Virus record (IMG/VR): IMGVR_UViG_3300032007_000074 | Location: 7,749 to 71,748 of that record | Source of the DNA: a virus | Taxonomy: Duplodnaviria; Caudoviricetes | DNA: 64,000 bases | Strand: one strand, 5' to 3' | In this document: one piece after another, positions 27,502 through 36,265 of the stretch | Layout: each line of letters starts with the position of its first letter | How positions within the stretch are numbered: position 1 is the first letter of the stretch | Made by a program: the position numbers and the translations under genes | Notes under the pieces: model-generated | Seen by the model: only the letters and a program-made list of their open reading frames with translations | Told to the model about the DNA's origin: nothing | The model's database searches: none

Positions 27502-30288
27502 ATGTTTCGACTCGTAAACAAAGACGCAAACTTTCCTCCGCTGTACAAACATGTGGAAAGAAAACTCCCGACCGCAAAGGACAAAGGTTGGGATAAAGTC
27601 GGCGACTTCACTTTGCGAGAGAAGGTAGACTTCATTCCACAGCCAGGCTTGCAAGAAAATTTCCTTCAGTGCGATAGCAACATCATCTTTCTTTGCGGCG
27701 CCGCAACTATGGGGAAGGAGCAGCCTTATGACGCGGATGTACTTACTCCGTCCGGATTTGTTAAGATGGGGAGCATATCAGTGGGCGATACAATTTGTGG
27801 TGCAGATGGAAAGCCGCAGCGAGTAACGGCTATATTCGAGCAGGGCATAAAAGATGTCTATCGCTTTAATATGATTGACGGTGGAATTGTGGAGTCTGGA
27901 CTTGAACATTTATGGTATGTAAGGAAGTCTCTGGTTAAGAAAAAATCGACATGGTCCGTAGAAACGACAAAAGACATCATTAAATCTTTTGACGAAAGAG
28001 CGGATAAATACGGCGCGGTGAGAAAGATTAGCTTCCCAACATGCGCTGCGGTACATTATGGAAAGGAAATAGTTCCGGCAATCGGACCGTATACTCTAGG
28101 TCAACTTGTTGCTGATGGTTGTCTCGTTAGTTCCCCGGTCAGGGTTTATACGGACGACGATTACTGCGTTAAAAGAATTGAGAGCGAGGGGTATAGCGTA
28201 ACAAAAATGAAAAGCGATAAATTCGGTTACACTATTCACGGACGAGATATTCTGGATGCGACAAGAACTCTTGGGATTTTTGGACACAAGGCGGGTTCTA
28301 AATCACTTCCAGAAGAGTGTTTTTTCTATAGCGTTTCAGATAGGCTTTCTCTTCTTAACGGCTTGCTCGATGCGGATGGCCACTGCATGCGCAAAACGGG
28401 AAGTGTCGAATACTGTTCAATCAGCAAACAACTAGCAAAAGATGTTCAGCGCCTATGTAGGGGACTCGGATATGTCGCCAGAATTATCCAAAAGAAAACA
28501 TCTTGTGTCTACAACGGAGAAAAGAAGTATAGTGTCGCTTATAGGGTGAGAATTATATCAAATGATGCCTCAGAACTATTTGGCCTTGAAAGAAAAAAAG
28601 CGAATGCCGGAAGGTGCAAGGTCGGAACAGGATACGAGGCTTTACGCCACTTGGAATCGTATGAGTATGTAGGTAAAAAGAGATGCAGATGCTTACTGGT
28701 TTCTAACGACGATCATTTGTACGTAACGAATGATTTCATTGTTACGCACAATACATACGCGATGCTCATGAAGTTCCTTTACGGAATGGACAAGCCTGGT
28801 TTTGCTGGTCGTTTTATTTCAATGAGGCTCGCTGACTCAAAGAAGGGTACATCTATTTACAGAGATGCGATGGAGCTGCTTGGAAACTTTGCAGACTGCG
28901 AGGTAAACTCGAGCGATTCGCCGACATTCGCATGGCCCAAATACAATTCTGCAGTCCAGCTTATTCACAGCAACTTTAATGTCGAAAACCCGACCGAGTG
29001 GGAAGATTTCAAGGAACTCGCGAAGAAAAACCAGGCAAGCCTTATCCAAGTCGACGAAGGAACAGCTATGACATTCAAGATGTTTACTTATTGGATGTCG
29101 CGAAACAGAGACTCATCCGGTATGAAGCCGCAGATAGCGATGTCATTTAACCCGGAGTTTACGCATTGGACAACAGCTCTCCTCCTACTTGCCGGCTATA
29201 TCAATCCCGACACATATTACATCTATCCGGACATGAATGGAGTAACAAAGTACATGTATTTTGCCGGGGACGATGTTAACGACGTGATTGTAGGCGACAC
29301 TCCGGAAGAGGTCGCAAAGGCAGCTGGAATCAAGCTTTCGGATGCAGACCGTGCCGCAGGACTCACGGAAACCGACATGGTAAAGTCCTTCACAATGTTT
29401 ACCGGAGAGGCCGCAGACAACAGAAAGCTTGTCGCTGCGACCGGAGGTGGATCTGTCGCAAACCTCCATGCTGTAGGTAAGACACAGAGGAATGTGCTGA
29501 AGGGAGCGTACTTTGGTCCAGTAGAGAATGAGCGCTCGTCCATTACGAAGCAAATGATTCTCGACTTCACGAGCAACCCTATCAACGACGACGAGAACAT
29601 GTACGCAACGATGGATATCTCCGGGTCCGCGTCGTCGAAAAAACCAGATGCTTGTCAAATGGTAATATGGAAAGGGCTTCGATGGGTCGCTATTGAAACA
29701 TATGTTGGAGACATGAAGGCTATCGTCCCATGGATTGAGGGGACTCTAGCAAAATATGGAGTTCCACTGAAGAATTTTGCGTTTGATGCCACAGGAATGG
29801 GTTTCTTCCTCAAGGACTACATTAACGCGAACCCGGTAACGGCCAACAAGACCGCCATGCAGGAATATGACGAAAACGGAAACCCCGTTACTTTTGAACA
29901 ATATTTCAACCTTCGTAGCCAGCTTATGGGAAAGATGGCCGTCTTGATTGAGACCGGACAGATAAGCACAAGCATGGATTTGAGCGATAAAATTCCTTAT
30001 GGAAAGAACGGAGAACTACGAAGCCTCAGAGATATCCTATTTGATGGTATTGACTTGTTTGTAACAACCACAAAAAACAAGCGTATCTACTATCTTTCAA
30101 AAGACGAGTATAAGGCACGGCACCAAAAGAATTCCCCGGACTTGTGGGATACGATATGCCTTCGATCCTTATGGGAGCTCGACGCCCGTCCCAAAAAGCA
30201 GCCGGCCCCAGAGGTGCCAGATGACGCATACGATGAGTTGTTTATAGACTATTCTGGCGGACGCGCTGGTAATGTAGTCTGGGTATAA
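27502..30288 (+). CDS. terL: Terminase large subunit (intein-containing)
   Basis: Walker A GAATMGK/T is split by the intein; Walker B LIQVDE; RNase H-like C-terminal domain (TMDISG, FDATG, SPDLWD). Confidence 0.85.
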   Translation: MFRLVNKDANFPPLYKHVERKLPTAKDKGWDKVGDFTLREKVDFIPQPGLQENFLQCDSNIIFLCGAATMGKEQPYDADVLTPSGFVKMGSISVGDTICGADGKPQRVTAIFEQGIKDVYRFNMIDGGIVESGLEHLWYVRKSLVKKKSTWSVETTKDIIKSFDERADKYGAVRKISFPTCAAVHYGKEIVPAIGPYTLGQLVADGCLVSSPVRVYTDDDYCVKRIESEGYSVTKMKSDKFGYTIHGRDILDATRTLGIFGHKAGSKSLPEECFFYSVSDRLSLLNGLLDADGHCMRKTGSVEYCSISKQLAKDVQRLCRGLGYVARIIQKKTSCVYNGEKKYSVAYRVRIISNDASELFGLERKKANAGRCKVGTGYEALRHLESYEYVGKKRCRCLLVSNDDHLYVTNDFIVTHNTYAMLMKFLYGMDKPGFAGRFISMRLADSKKGTSIYRDAMELLGNFADCEVNSSDSPTFAWPKYNSAVQLIHSNFNVENPTEWEDFKELAKKNQASLIQVDEGTAMTFKMFTYWMSRNRDSSGMKPQIAMSFNPEFTHWTTALLLLAGYINPDTYYIYPDMNGVTKYMYFAGDDVNDVIVGDTPEEVAKAAGIKLSDADRAAGLTETDMVKSFTMFTGEAADNRKLVAATGGGSVANLHAVGKTQRNVLKGAYFGPVENERSSITKQMILDFTSNPINDDENMYATMDISGSASSKKPDACQMVIWKGLRWVAIETYVGDMKAIVPWIEGTLAKYGVPLKNFAFDATGMGFFLKDYINANPVTANKTAMQEYDENGNPVTFEQYFNLRSQLMGKMAVLIETGQISTSMDLSDKIPYGKNGELRSLRDILFDGIDLFVTTTKNKRIYYLSKDEYKARHQKNSPDLWDTICLRSLWELDARPKKQPAPEVPDDAYDELFIDYSGGRAGNVVWV
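27718..28752 (+). mobile_element. Class 3-type intein (345 aa) with LAGLIDADG homing endonuclease
   Basis: Begins EQPYDADVLTPSG and ends HLYVTNDFIVTHN/T; LAGLIDADG motifs LGQLVADG and LNGLLDADG; WCT signature (HLW, RCRCLLV, VTHN). Confidence 0.9.
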
Positions 30289-30310
30289 TATAAAATCGCG
30301 ATTTTAACCG

Positions 30311-31903
30311 ATGAACATCAGTGAACATTTAAAGAAAGACTATTGGGTACGAAGAGTTACACCCGATAGCGCCGGCATGTATCCGCCGTTGGGAGGAAAT
30401 CCTGGATACAGAATTCCGAGAACTGCAGGATTTGGAGTTGGGTATGTAAACCTTACCCAGGATAACTTCCTTAACGAGCTTTGCCCGGAAGCGCACAAGA
30501 TCAGTTCGAAGTATATGAGCCAGAGGCCGATTTACAAGCAGACCGACGAAACTGATCCGAAGACCGGAAAAAAGAAGTGGGTTCTTGACGGATACGACGA
30601 AGTCGAGACGGTGGCTCTGGCCATCCAGGAAATGATTGTTTCCAAGAAGGTGGCTCATTTGACCGGCGATAACTTCTGGGTGGCCAGCGAATCGAAAGAG
30701 AATGAGGAAGCGTTTCAGAAGGTAGAGTCTTGGATGGACTATGCCGGATTCTGGGATGCATGGTGCGAAGCCGTCGGGTATTGCGAACGCACTGGAGACT
30801 CCGCCCTGTATTGGTGGTATGACGGTAACACCATCAATTACGAGGTCTTTTCCTACGAAAAAGGAGACACCCTATATCCGGGTGTAGATGACGATGGAAA
30901 GCCAACATTATACAGGTCATACACTCTCAACGGAAAGCCCGCTGTCGATGTCTTCACGGTGAAGTACCGCGAGACCTGGGTAAAAGTAGACACCGATGAA
31001 GAAAATGGAAAAGCCTGGATTGATAAGGTGCTTCGAATCATCAAAAACAACACTAGCTTCAGCGAAGTGTCCGAGGACGGGTACAAGATGATTTCCAGAA
31101 AGGAAGCGCAGATTGGGAATGACATCCTGCAGGTAGTTTATTTCCGTGTGCCTGACATCGCAACCGGACCAGTCCAGGGCAGCATAGAAAAATTCGAAAA
31201 AGCACTCTCATATGTGTCCGAGGAGGTCAAGACAAGCGCGTTCCCCATTCTTTTCCTTAAGAGCGAGAAGATCACGACGCTTCCACCTTCTAAGATTAAT
31301 GGCAAGACCATCGGCGTAAGAGGAACAGCAGACTCGCTGGCACATGCTGACGGTAAGTACCTGGCTCCACCGGATGCGTCCAATATTGCGACACTGAATC
31401 TGAACACGCTTTGGAACAACATCCTCCGTGGCTCACTTTCCGCGTTGGTCGAGCCGGTTGATATTCGCCAGGGAGCAGATAGTAGCACGACCATCAAAAT
31501 CATGTTCGCGCCTGACATCCAGTGGTGCAAGAATAGGTGGAAGTTCTATGCGAAACCGGTCCGGCAGCTCGTCGAGGTATTCAAGCGCCTTGTCGGAAAG
31601 GCCGAGGGAAACATCATGACCTATGGAGATTTGAAAATCTCTTGCGGCCAGAATATCTGGATTCCCCAGAATGAGTCCGAGAGAATCAAGATGGAGCTCG
31701 ATCAGTATTATGCCGGTGTGAAGTCCCGCAAGGCGACGATGTCCGATATCGGGAACAGTCATCTGGGCGACGCAGAGCAGATCATGAAGGAGAAGGAGGA
31801 GGAAAAGGCTCTGGACGCGAAATATAAGACGACAACGCAGACCAATGACCCGAATGTCCCGAATGTGACGAACCAGGCAGAGAATCAGCCGAGGAATAAA
31901 TAA
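30311..31903 (+). CDS. Portal protein
   Basis: 530 aa directly after terL; GDSALYW and YSYEKGD-like segments typical of SPP1-like portals. Confidence 0.7.
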   Translation: MNISEHLKKDYWVRRVTPDSAGMYPPLGGNPGYRIPRTAGFGVGYVNLTQDNFLNELCPEAHKISSKYMSQRPIYKQTDETDPKTGKKKWVLDGYDEVETVALAIQEMIVSKKVAHLTGDNFWVASESKENEEAFQKVESWMDYAGFWDAWCEAVGYCERTGDSALYWWYDGNTINYEVFSYEKGDTLYPGVDDDGKPTLYRSYTLNGKPAVDVFTVKYRETWVKVDTDEENGKAWIDKVLRIIKNNTSFSEVSEDGYKMISRKEAQIGNDILQVVYFRVPDIATGPVQGSIEKFEKALSYVSEEVKTSAFPILFLKSEKITTLPPSKINGKTIGVRGTADSLAHADGKYLAPPDASNIATLNLNTLWNNILRGSLSALVEPVDIRQGADSSTTIKIMFAPDIQWCKNRWKFYAKPVRQLVEVFKRLVGKAEGNIMTYGDLKISCGQNIWIPQNESERIKMELDQYYAGVKSRKATMSDIGNSHLGDAEQIMKEKEEEKALDAKYKTTTQTNDPNVPNVTNQAENQPRNK

Positions 31904-31906
31904 AAT

Positions 31907-31931
31907 AGAGCGCTCCAAATTGGGGCGCTCT
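31907..31931. terminator. Hairpin between convergent operons
   Basis: AGAGCGCTCCA-AAT-TGGGGCGCTCT with A-rich 5' flank. Confidence 0.65.
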
Positions 31932-31962
31932 TCCATATATAGTTAAGCAAAGCTGGTAGGTT

Positions 31963-32277
31963 CTAAATCGGACCGCCGTTATAGTTGACGGTCTGCTGAG
32001 GCTGCGATGCCTGGTCGATGTTCCAGGACCAACATTTGATGTCTGTATAGACCTTTCCGTTGTATTCACGCGTCTTGAAATCAACCTTGAATGTTCCAGT
32101 GTCTCCGACCCGAATCCGTGCGAAATTCTCAGCGTCTTTCGAGTTCTGGAGTGCGATACTCTTCGGATACTGACCGGATTCATATTCCAAAACGATGGTC
32201 GCACGGGCCCATGGTCCTCTTTGACCAACACCTCTTTCAATCGGCATGACAGCCGTTACTCTTCCTTTGAATTCCAT
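31963..32277 (-). CDS. DUF3127-like OB-fold SSB-like protein
   Basis: MEFKGRV, QYPKSIAL and REYNGKVYTDIKCW motifs; Q-rich tail. Confidence 0.75.
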   Translation of the reverse strand: MEFKGRVTAVMPIERGVGQRGPWARATIVLEYESGQYPKSIALQNSKDAENFARIRVGDTGTFKVDFKTREYNGKVYTDIKCWSWNIDQASQPQQTVNYNGGPI

Positions 32278-32837
32278 TATTCTTCTTTTTCTGATTGTTC
32301 TTCAACTTCCGTGCCATCCGGAACCTCTTCGCAGTTTTCTTCTACAAATTTTCTGTAAGCGCACTCGCTACAACGGACGCCCAAAAAACGCTGAGGCTTA
32401 ACCTCGACCTCCTCATCGCCGTCAAGTAGTCCGGCTTTGTCGGCCATCTTGAGGACGAACTCTGGATCGTCAGCGCTTTCGATATTGTCCGCCAGGCTCA
32501 TCGCAAACTCAACCAACTTGGTCTTCGCCTTCGCCTTCCTTTCCTCCAACGATCCGGACACCTTTGCTTCTTCCTTCTTCTGATTCAAGAAATTGTCAAG
32601 CGTCTGCCTGTATGCTTCGATATAAGCAATGCACTCCTTTCTGGAGAAGAACTGCTTCACATAATCATCAATCGCGGCCTTCGCTTTTGACGCAAGCATG
32701 TCCGGCCTAGCAAAAGTTACAAAAGCATCCTTCCTGGAACATCCGGAAATGACAAACCAAGTCAATGCGGACTGTTCGTCCTGTGTGAGTCCCGAGACAA
32801 TAGCACTCGGGCGAAGCGGTATTAGACTCTTGGCCAT
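32277..32837 (-). CDS. Hypothetical protein, possible terminase small subunit
   Basis: 186 aa, helical, has its own promoter, close to the terL-portal module; assignment is weak. Confidence 0.4.
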   Translation of the reverse strand: MAKSLIPLRPSAIVSGLTQDEQSALTWFVISGCSRKDAFVTFARPDMLASKAKAAIDDYVKQFFSRKECIAYIEAYRQTLDNFLNQKKEEAKVSGSLEERKAKAKTKLVEFAMSLADNIESADDPEFVLKMADKAGLLDGDEEVEVKPQRFLGVRCSECAYRKFVEENCEEVPDGTEVEEQSEKEE

Positions 32838-32841
32838 AGTG

Positions 32842-32849
32842 CAAATATA
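32842..32849 (-). promoter_or_regulatory. -7 element TATATTTG
   Basis: 4 nt upstream of the ATG at 32837. Confidence 0.55.
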
Positions 32850-33065
32850 CTACTTTTCTTCCGGATTGCAAGAGCGTAAATAGTCGACGATATCAGCCAT
32901 CATATCGTACGATATTTCCCCGTCAATATAGACCCGTTCGTACTGTGTAACATCGTTGAATTCTTCGTCAAGATCGTATGGCTGGTCGTGATAAATGTCT
33001 CCTAAAATAGCGTCAATGTGCTTCCGCTTTTCTTCTGTGTCAGCCCTAATCATTAAACCATTCAT
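32850..33065 (-). CDS. Hypothetical protein
   Basis: 71-aa ORF in operon. Confidence 0.55.
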   Translation of the reverse strand: MNGLMIRADTEEKRKHIDAILGDIYHDQPYDLDEEFNDVTQYERVYIDGEISYDMMADIVDYLRSCNPEEK

Positions 33066-33459
33066 TTAAGATTTTCTTGAATTGTGCCAAACTACGGCAC
33101 AAGCAATACTTGTACCCCTGAGACTCTACAAGTTTCTGCCAGGCGACTTGGTGAGAAGACTGTCTTCCATCCTCGTCTTTGTACTCGATGCACAAACCGT
33201 GAAATCCATGGCGAGGGATAAGCATAAGTGTATCTGACACTCCGTGATAGACTCCCATAGACCTTCTGATTGCACCAGTGATCGCACCAGTGATCGCATT
33301 CGAGTCAGCCCTAGTGTTCTCGTTAGGGACTGCAAAATAAAGTCCTCGATACTGCGGATAGTTGTTCCAGAAATACTCGTAGCAAGCCGCCTGGATTTTA
33401 CCCTCCGGCATGGAATGGCCGCGCTTCTTCGGCTGCGGAGGGGTCTCAATGATCGGCAT
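33046..33459 (-). CDS. VRR-NUC domain nuclease
   Basis: EGKIQAAC, FAVPNE, GVSDTLML, IEYK and QSSHQVAW motifs. Confidence 0.8.
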   Translation of the reverse strand: MPIIETPPQPKKRGHSMPEGKIQAACYEYFWNNYPQYRGLYFAVPNENTRADSNAITGAITGAIRRSMGVYHGVSDTLMLIPRHGFHGLCIEYKDEDGRQSSHQVAWQKLVESQGYKYCLCRSLAQFKKILNEWFND

Positions 33460-33460
33460 A

Positions 33461-33685
33461 TCAAAATAGTTCTTTTAGTGGAAGTCGGCACTCCATACGA
33501 TAATATCCCAATCCCTTGTAGTCTCCAACTTCCTCGTCTTTCACAATAAGGTCATTCCAATCCACTTGACCCTGGAGATGATCGTGGTCAATGCGCCTTT
33601 GGATGCAAGCTTTGCACCATTCAAGCGCCTCTTCATGGTCGCGGTCGGTCAGACCTATGTATTCTTTCGCTATTGCAATCTGCAT
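33461..33685 (-). CDS. Hypothetical protein
   Basis: 74-aa ORF in operon. Confidence 0.55.
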   Translation of the reverse strand: MQIAIAKEYIGLTDRDHEEALEWCKACIQRRIDHDHLQGQVDWNDLIVKDEEVGDYKGLGYYRMECRLPLKELF

Positions 33686-33691
33686 GGCGTA

Positions 33692-33925
33692 TTATTCTTT
33701 GTCAATGTAGCATTTAGTCTTACAGCACGGGCATGTAACAAACCGCATATATTTGACACCACAAGCTTGGTAGCGACCACCATTATAGTCACGAACCTCT
33801 TCCGGTACATTATAAAGCAAATGCTGCTCTGTCTCGACCTCGCCCGGAAGATACCTAAATTCGCAACAGCAAACATCGCATCTGTGCAGCGTAGACGTGT
33901 CGTATCCTGGTCTAACAATTTCCAT
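33692..33925 (-). CDS. Small Cys-rich (zinc-ribbon-like) protein
   Basis: Start MEIVRPG at 33925; CDVC and CPCC motifs. Confidence 0.55.
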   Translation of the reverse strand: MEIVRPGYDTSTLHRCDVCCCEFRYLPGEVETEQHLLYNVPEEVRDYNGGRYQACGVKYMRFVTCPCCKTKCYIDKE

Positions 33926-33926
33926 A

Positions 33927-34154
33927 TCATTCAAATATTTTCCTGTAATGCTCGCACAGCGCCTCGCGGGTGGGGAAGCAGTCTTTGCCGAGGATATTCC
34001 CGCCACTACGGATAATAGCTCCGCTTGGAGTTATATATCCAATAGCGACATAAGTCTTGCGTCCATATCGAACAACATCTACACACACACCTTCAACTAT
34101 TTCTTGTGGGTTGACTTGGAACACCCACACCTTGTCTCCTGGTTTCATACCCAT
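33927..34154 (-). CDS. Hypothetical protein
   Basis: 75-aa ORF, overlap-coupled. Confidence 0.55.
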   Translation of the reverse strand: MGMKPGDKVWVFQVNPQEIVEGVCVDVVRYGRKTYVAIGYITPSGAIIRSGGNILGKDCFPTREALCEHYRKIFE

Positions 34155-34417
34155 GTCCCCCTAATTTCTGCGGTCAGTTCACGGAACCGATTTAATCTTC
34201 TTTTGTGTCTTATGTTCATAATCAGCGTGCTTATCGGATGCATCCGCTTCCACTCGGCGACTCTTTTGCAATAAATATCAACGACGAATCGGTACATGTG
34301 CTCATAGGCATCACGCGCACAATCTTCTCCATCTTTAATTGCTTCCATTTTCTTACTTTGAATGTGCGAAAGAATATCATTAAGCACTGCTATTTTCGGG
34401 TCTCTGTTAATCTTCAT
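34145..34417 (-). CDS. Hypothetical protein
   Basis: 90-aa ORF. Confidence 0.55.
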   Translation of the reverse strand: MKINRDPKIAVLNDILSHIQSKKMEAIKDGEDCARDAYEHMYRFVVDIYCKRVAEWKRMHPISTLIMNIRHKRRLNRFRELTAEIRGTWV

Positions 34418-34435
34418 TTCTCGTATTCGCTTTTC

Positions 34436-34660
34436 TTAATACCCACCATTGTTCTCCAGGAGCCACTCCTTCAATGCAACCTCCCCCTTTGCAAGTAAAA
34501 GGTTAGGGTCGCAATCCTGGTCGTTGAAGATTAGCAAATCTTCTCCGTCCGCGCCGCATCCTTTCTTCCATATATGCAACATCCAGTCGCATGTCTTGCA
34601 GTAACTAAAGTCGAGGTGCATTGTGTAACTCTCGGCTAATCTAAACCAATCTGTGTTCAT
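34436..34660 (-). CDS. Hypothetical protein
   Basis: 74-aa ORF. Confidence 0.55.
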   Translation of the reverse strand: MNTDWFRLAESYTMHLDFSYCKTCDWMLHIWKKGCGADGEDLLIFNDQDCDPNLLLAKGEVALKEWLLENNGGY

Positions 34661-34664
34661 ACGC

Positions 34665-34877
34665 CTATTCCTCCTCCATTTCTACAGTTATCTTCACTCT
34701 CTTTCCACGGAATTCGTCGAGATCAAAAGATTTTGGCCTATTCCGATTGAATGGAAAATAAAAACTTTGCCAGACCCCATTTATGCCAACAGGGTACGCG
34801 TCTACTTGGAATTGGAATCCGTCTTCTTTGTTGTATTGAAAACCGACTAGATGTCCGATTTGTTCTGAAATAATCAT
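34665..34877 (-). CDS. Hypothetical protein
   Basis: 70-aa ORF. Confidence 0.55.
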   Translation of the reverse strand: MIISEQIGHLVGFQYNKEDGFQFQVDAYPVGINGVWQSFYFPFNRNRPKSFDLDEFRGKRVKITVEMEEE

Positions 34878-34914
34878 ATCCTTATTTTTCTGCTCCTTTA
34901 TTCAAATCCCGTGC

Positions 34915-35559
34915 CTAAAACAGTGTCGGCTGTAATAGATATTCAGACCATTGATGAGCCATCGCATCTGCAATTCCCTGAAAGGTTTTAGATGCGGTTC
35001 TCGGATCGTGCGCTATACCGTGACTTCCTCCTTGTCCGCGAGAAAACCCGCCTGTGTTTGACGGCATCCAGGGTGTGTGCTGTTGAAGTATCTTCGTCGG
35101 CACCAACTTTGGAAGTCCCTTAAGCCAAAGCAGCGTCTTTTTGCTGTACGGTTCTCCAAACTCATAGGGTTGGATAGACTGAGATGGCGCCGGTAATCCT
35201 ACTATTCTCAACGGGACAGGATTCTCAATGGCTACATGCTCGCAATTGCAATTATAAAACTCCATGAAGAAAGCCTTTGCATCCATCGCCAGCCGATATC
35301 GCTCTGGCGAGATATGTCCAGCCGTCGGATACATCCACCGCGCACCTGCTTTACTCATATAAGTGCATGGAGGGTGCGCAATAATCAAATCCCATTTCTG
35401 CCCCCCCCCCCTAATTAGCGGCAAAACATCTTGCTTAAGGTGCCATTCTGGATGTCCACCACTGCAATCTTGTATGTCACAACTGTACGCCTCGTGTCCG
35501 AGTGCACGAAAAGCCTTACATACGGCCTGGCTTTCTTCACATGCTATCAATACTCTCAT
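34915..35559 (-). CDS. Phage DNA cytosine methyltransferase-like protein
   Basis: Start MRVLIACEESQ at 35559; EAYSCD, DLIIAHPPCTY (catalytic PC) and IENP motifs. Confidence 0.75.
   Translation of the reverse strand: MRVLIACEESQAVCKAFRALGHEAYSCDIQDCSGGHPEWHLKQDVLPLIRGGGQKWDLIIAHPPCTYMSKAGARWMYPTAGHISPERYRLAMDAKAFFMEFYNCNCEHVAIENPVPLRIVGLPAPSQSIQPYEFGEPYSKKTLLWLKGLPKLVPTKILQQHTPWMPSNTGGFSRGQGGSHGIAHDPRTASKTFQGIADAMAHQWSEYLLQPTLF
35401..35411 (-). repeat. G11 homopolymer inside the cytosine MTase
   Basis: Plus-strand C11, encoding R-G-G-G. Confidence 0.9.
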
Positions 35560-35560
35560 A

Positions 35561-36148
35561 TCAAAACAGTTTCGGCGAGGAGTCCTCGCGCAATGATTCG
35601 ATTTCTTTGAGTCGTTTTGCGTCATCGGCGTAACACCAAATATATCCGCCTGCCGTATAATGATGTATCTTGCATGCTTGCACAATGTTCTGATGCGGGA
35701 TATTGGTTGCCCTCTCGGCCATCCTTGAGGATATGTGTTCTGCAACAAACAATCCGCTCTTATCATATTGCCTAACGGGTCGAAGCTTCCAACCGCGAAA
35801 CATCGCATACTCACTCAGTTTGTCTCTGTGAGTTCCATAATTAGAATTATACTTGCAGTCGCACCACTCTAAATTGTCGACGAAGTTATTTGCTTTATTC
35901 TCGTCCTTGTGGTTTATTTGCGGGAATTTATTGGGATTAGGAATGAAAGCAATGGCCACCAACCGATGAACTTTTTTTACATATCTCTTCCCGCCACTTG
36001 ACAAGAGACACATCATATACCCGTCTTTGTCCTTAAATTGGCTAAGAATATGCATAGATGTTCCTCTCGCAAAAGAGCCTACGCGGCCCATCGTGCTTAT
36101 TTGATATTTGCCGCCCCATCCTTCAACGTCTTTCCAAATTTCTTCCAT
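35561..36148 (-). CDS. NUMOD4-HNH-NUMOD1 homing endonuclease
   Basis: Start MEEIWKDVEGW; VHRLVAIAF, INHKDENKANNFVDNLEWC; C-terminal NUMOD1 (VRQYD...TAGGYIW). Confidence 0.85.
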   Translation of the reverse strand: MEEIWKDVEGWGGKYQISTMGRVGSFARGTSMHILSQFKDKDGYMMCLLSSGGKRYVKKVHRLVAIAFIPNPNKFPQINHKDENKANNFVDNLEWCDCKYNSNYGTHRDKLSEYAMFRGWKLRPVRQYDKSGLFVAEHISSRMAERATNIPHQNIVQACKIHHYTAGGYIWCYADDAKRLKEIESLREDSSPKLF

Positions 36149-36161
36149 CTTTAAAAAAACA

Positions 36162-36239
36162 ATCCCCGAATTTTCATACAGAGGTCGCAGCTCTGCACTA
36201 CTCATCCGGGGTGTTAAATTTCTGCTCATCGTCTGCGAC
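36162..36239 (-). ncRNA. Putative pseudoknotted 5' leader RNA (copy 1)
   Basis: Position-for-position homologous to 42399-42476 with compensatory base changes. Confidence 0.65.
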
Positions 36240-36251
36240 ACGATGCTTATG

Positions 36252-36259
36252 CAAAGATA
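36252..36259 (-). promoter_or_regulatory. -7 element TATCTTTG of HNH cassette 1
   Basis: TTGCTATCTTTG, identical in cassette 2. Confidence 0.65.
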
Positions 36260-36265
36260 GCAATT

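Noticed and set aside
26692-27654. ORF-track N-terminal extensions of the scaffold, terminase, MTase, HNH and other genes
   Set aside because: The extensions run through promoters or neighbouring genes; downstream ATGs fit the promoters and family N-termini better.
33272-33298. 12-bp tandem duplication (AITG-AITG) in VRR-NUC
   Set aside because: It is real and in frame but most simply a neutral slippage event.
36162-36239. Hammerhead ribozyme reading of the HNH leader (GATGAG...GAAA)
   Set aside because: There is no stem III or UH cleavage triplet, and copy 2 has GATAAG, which breaks the CUGANGA core.
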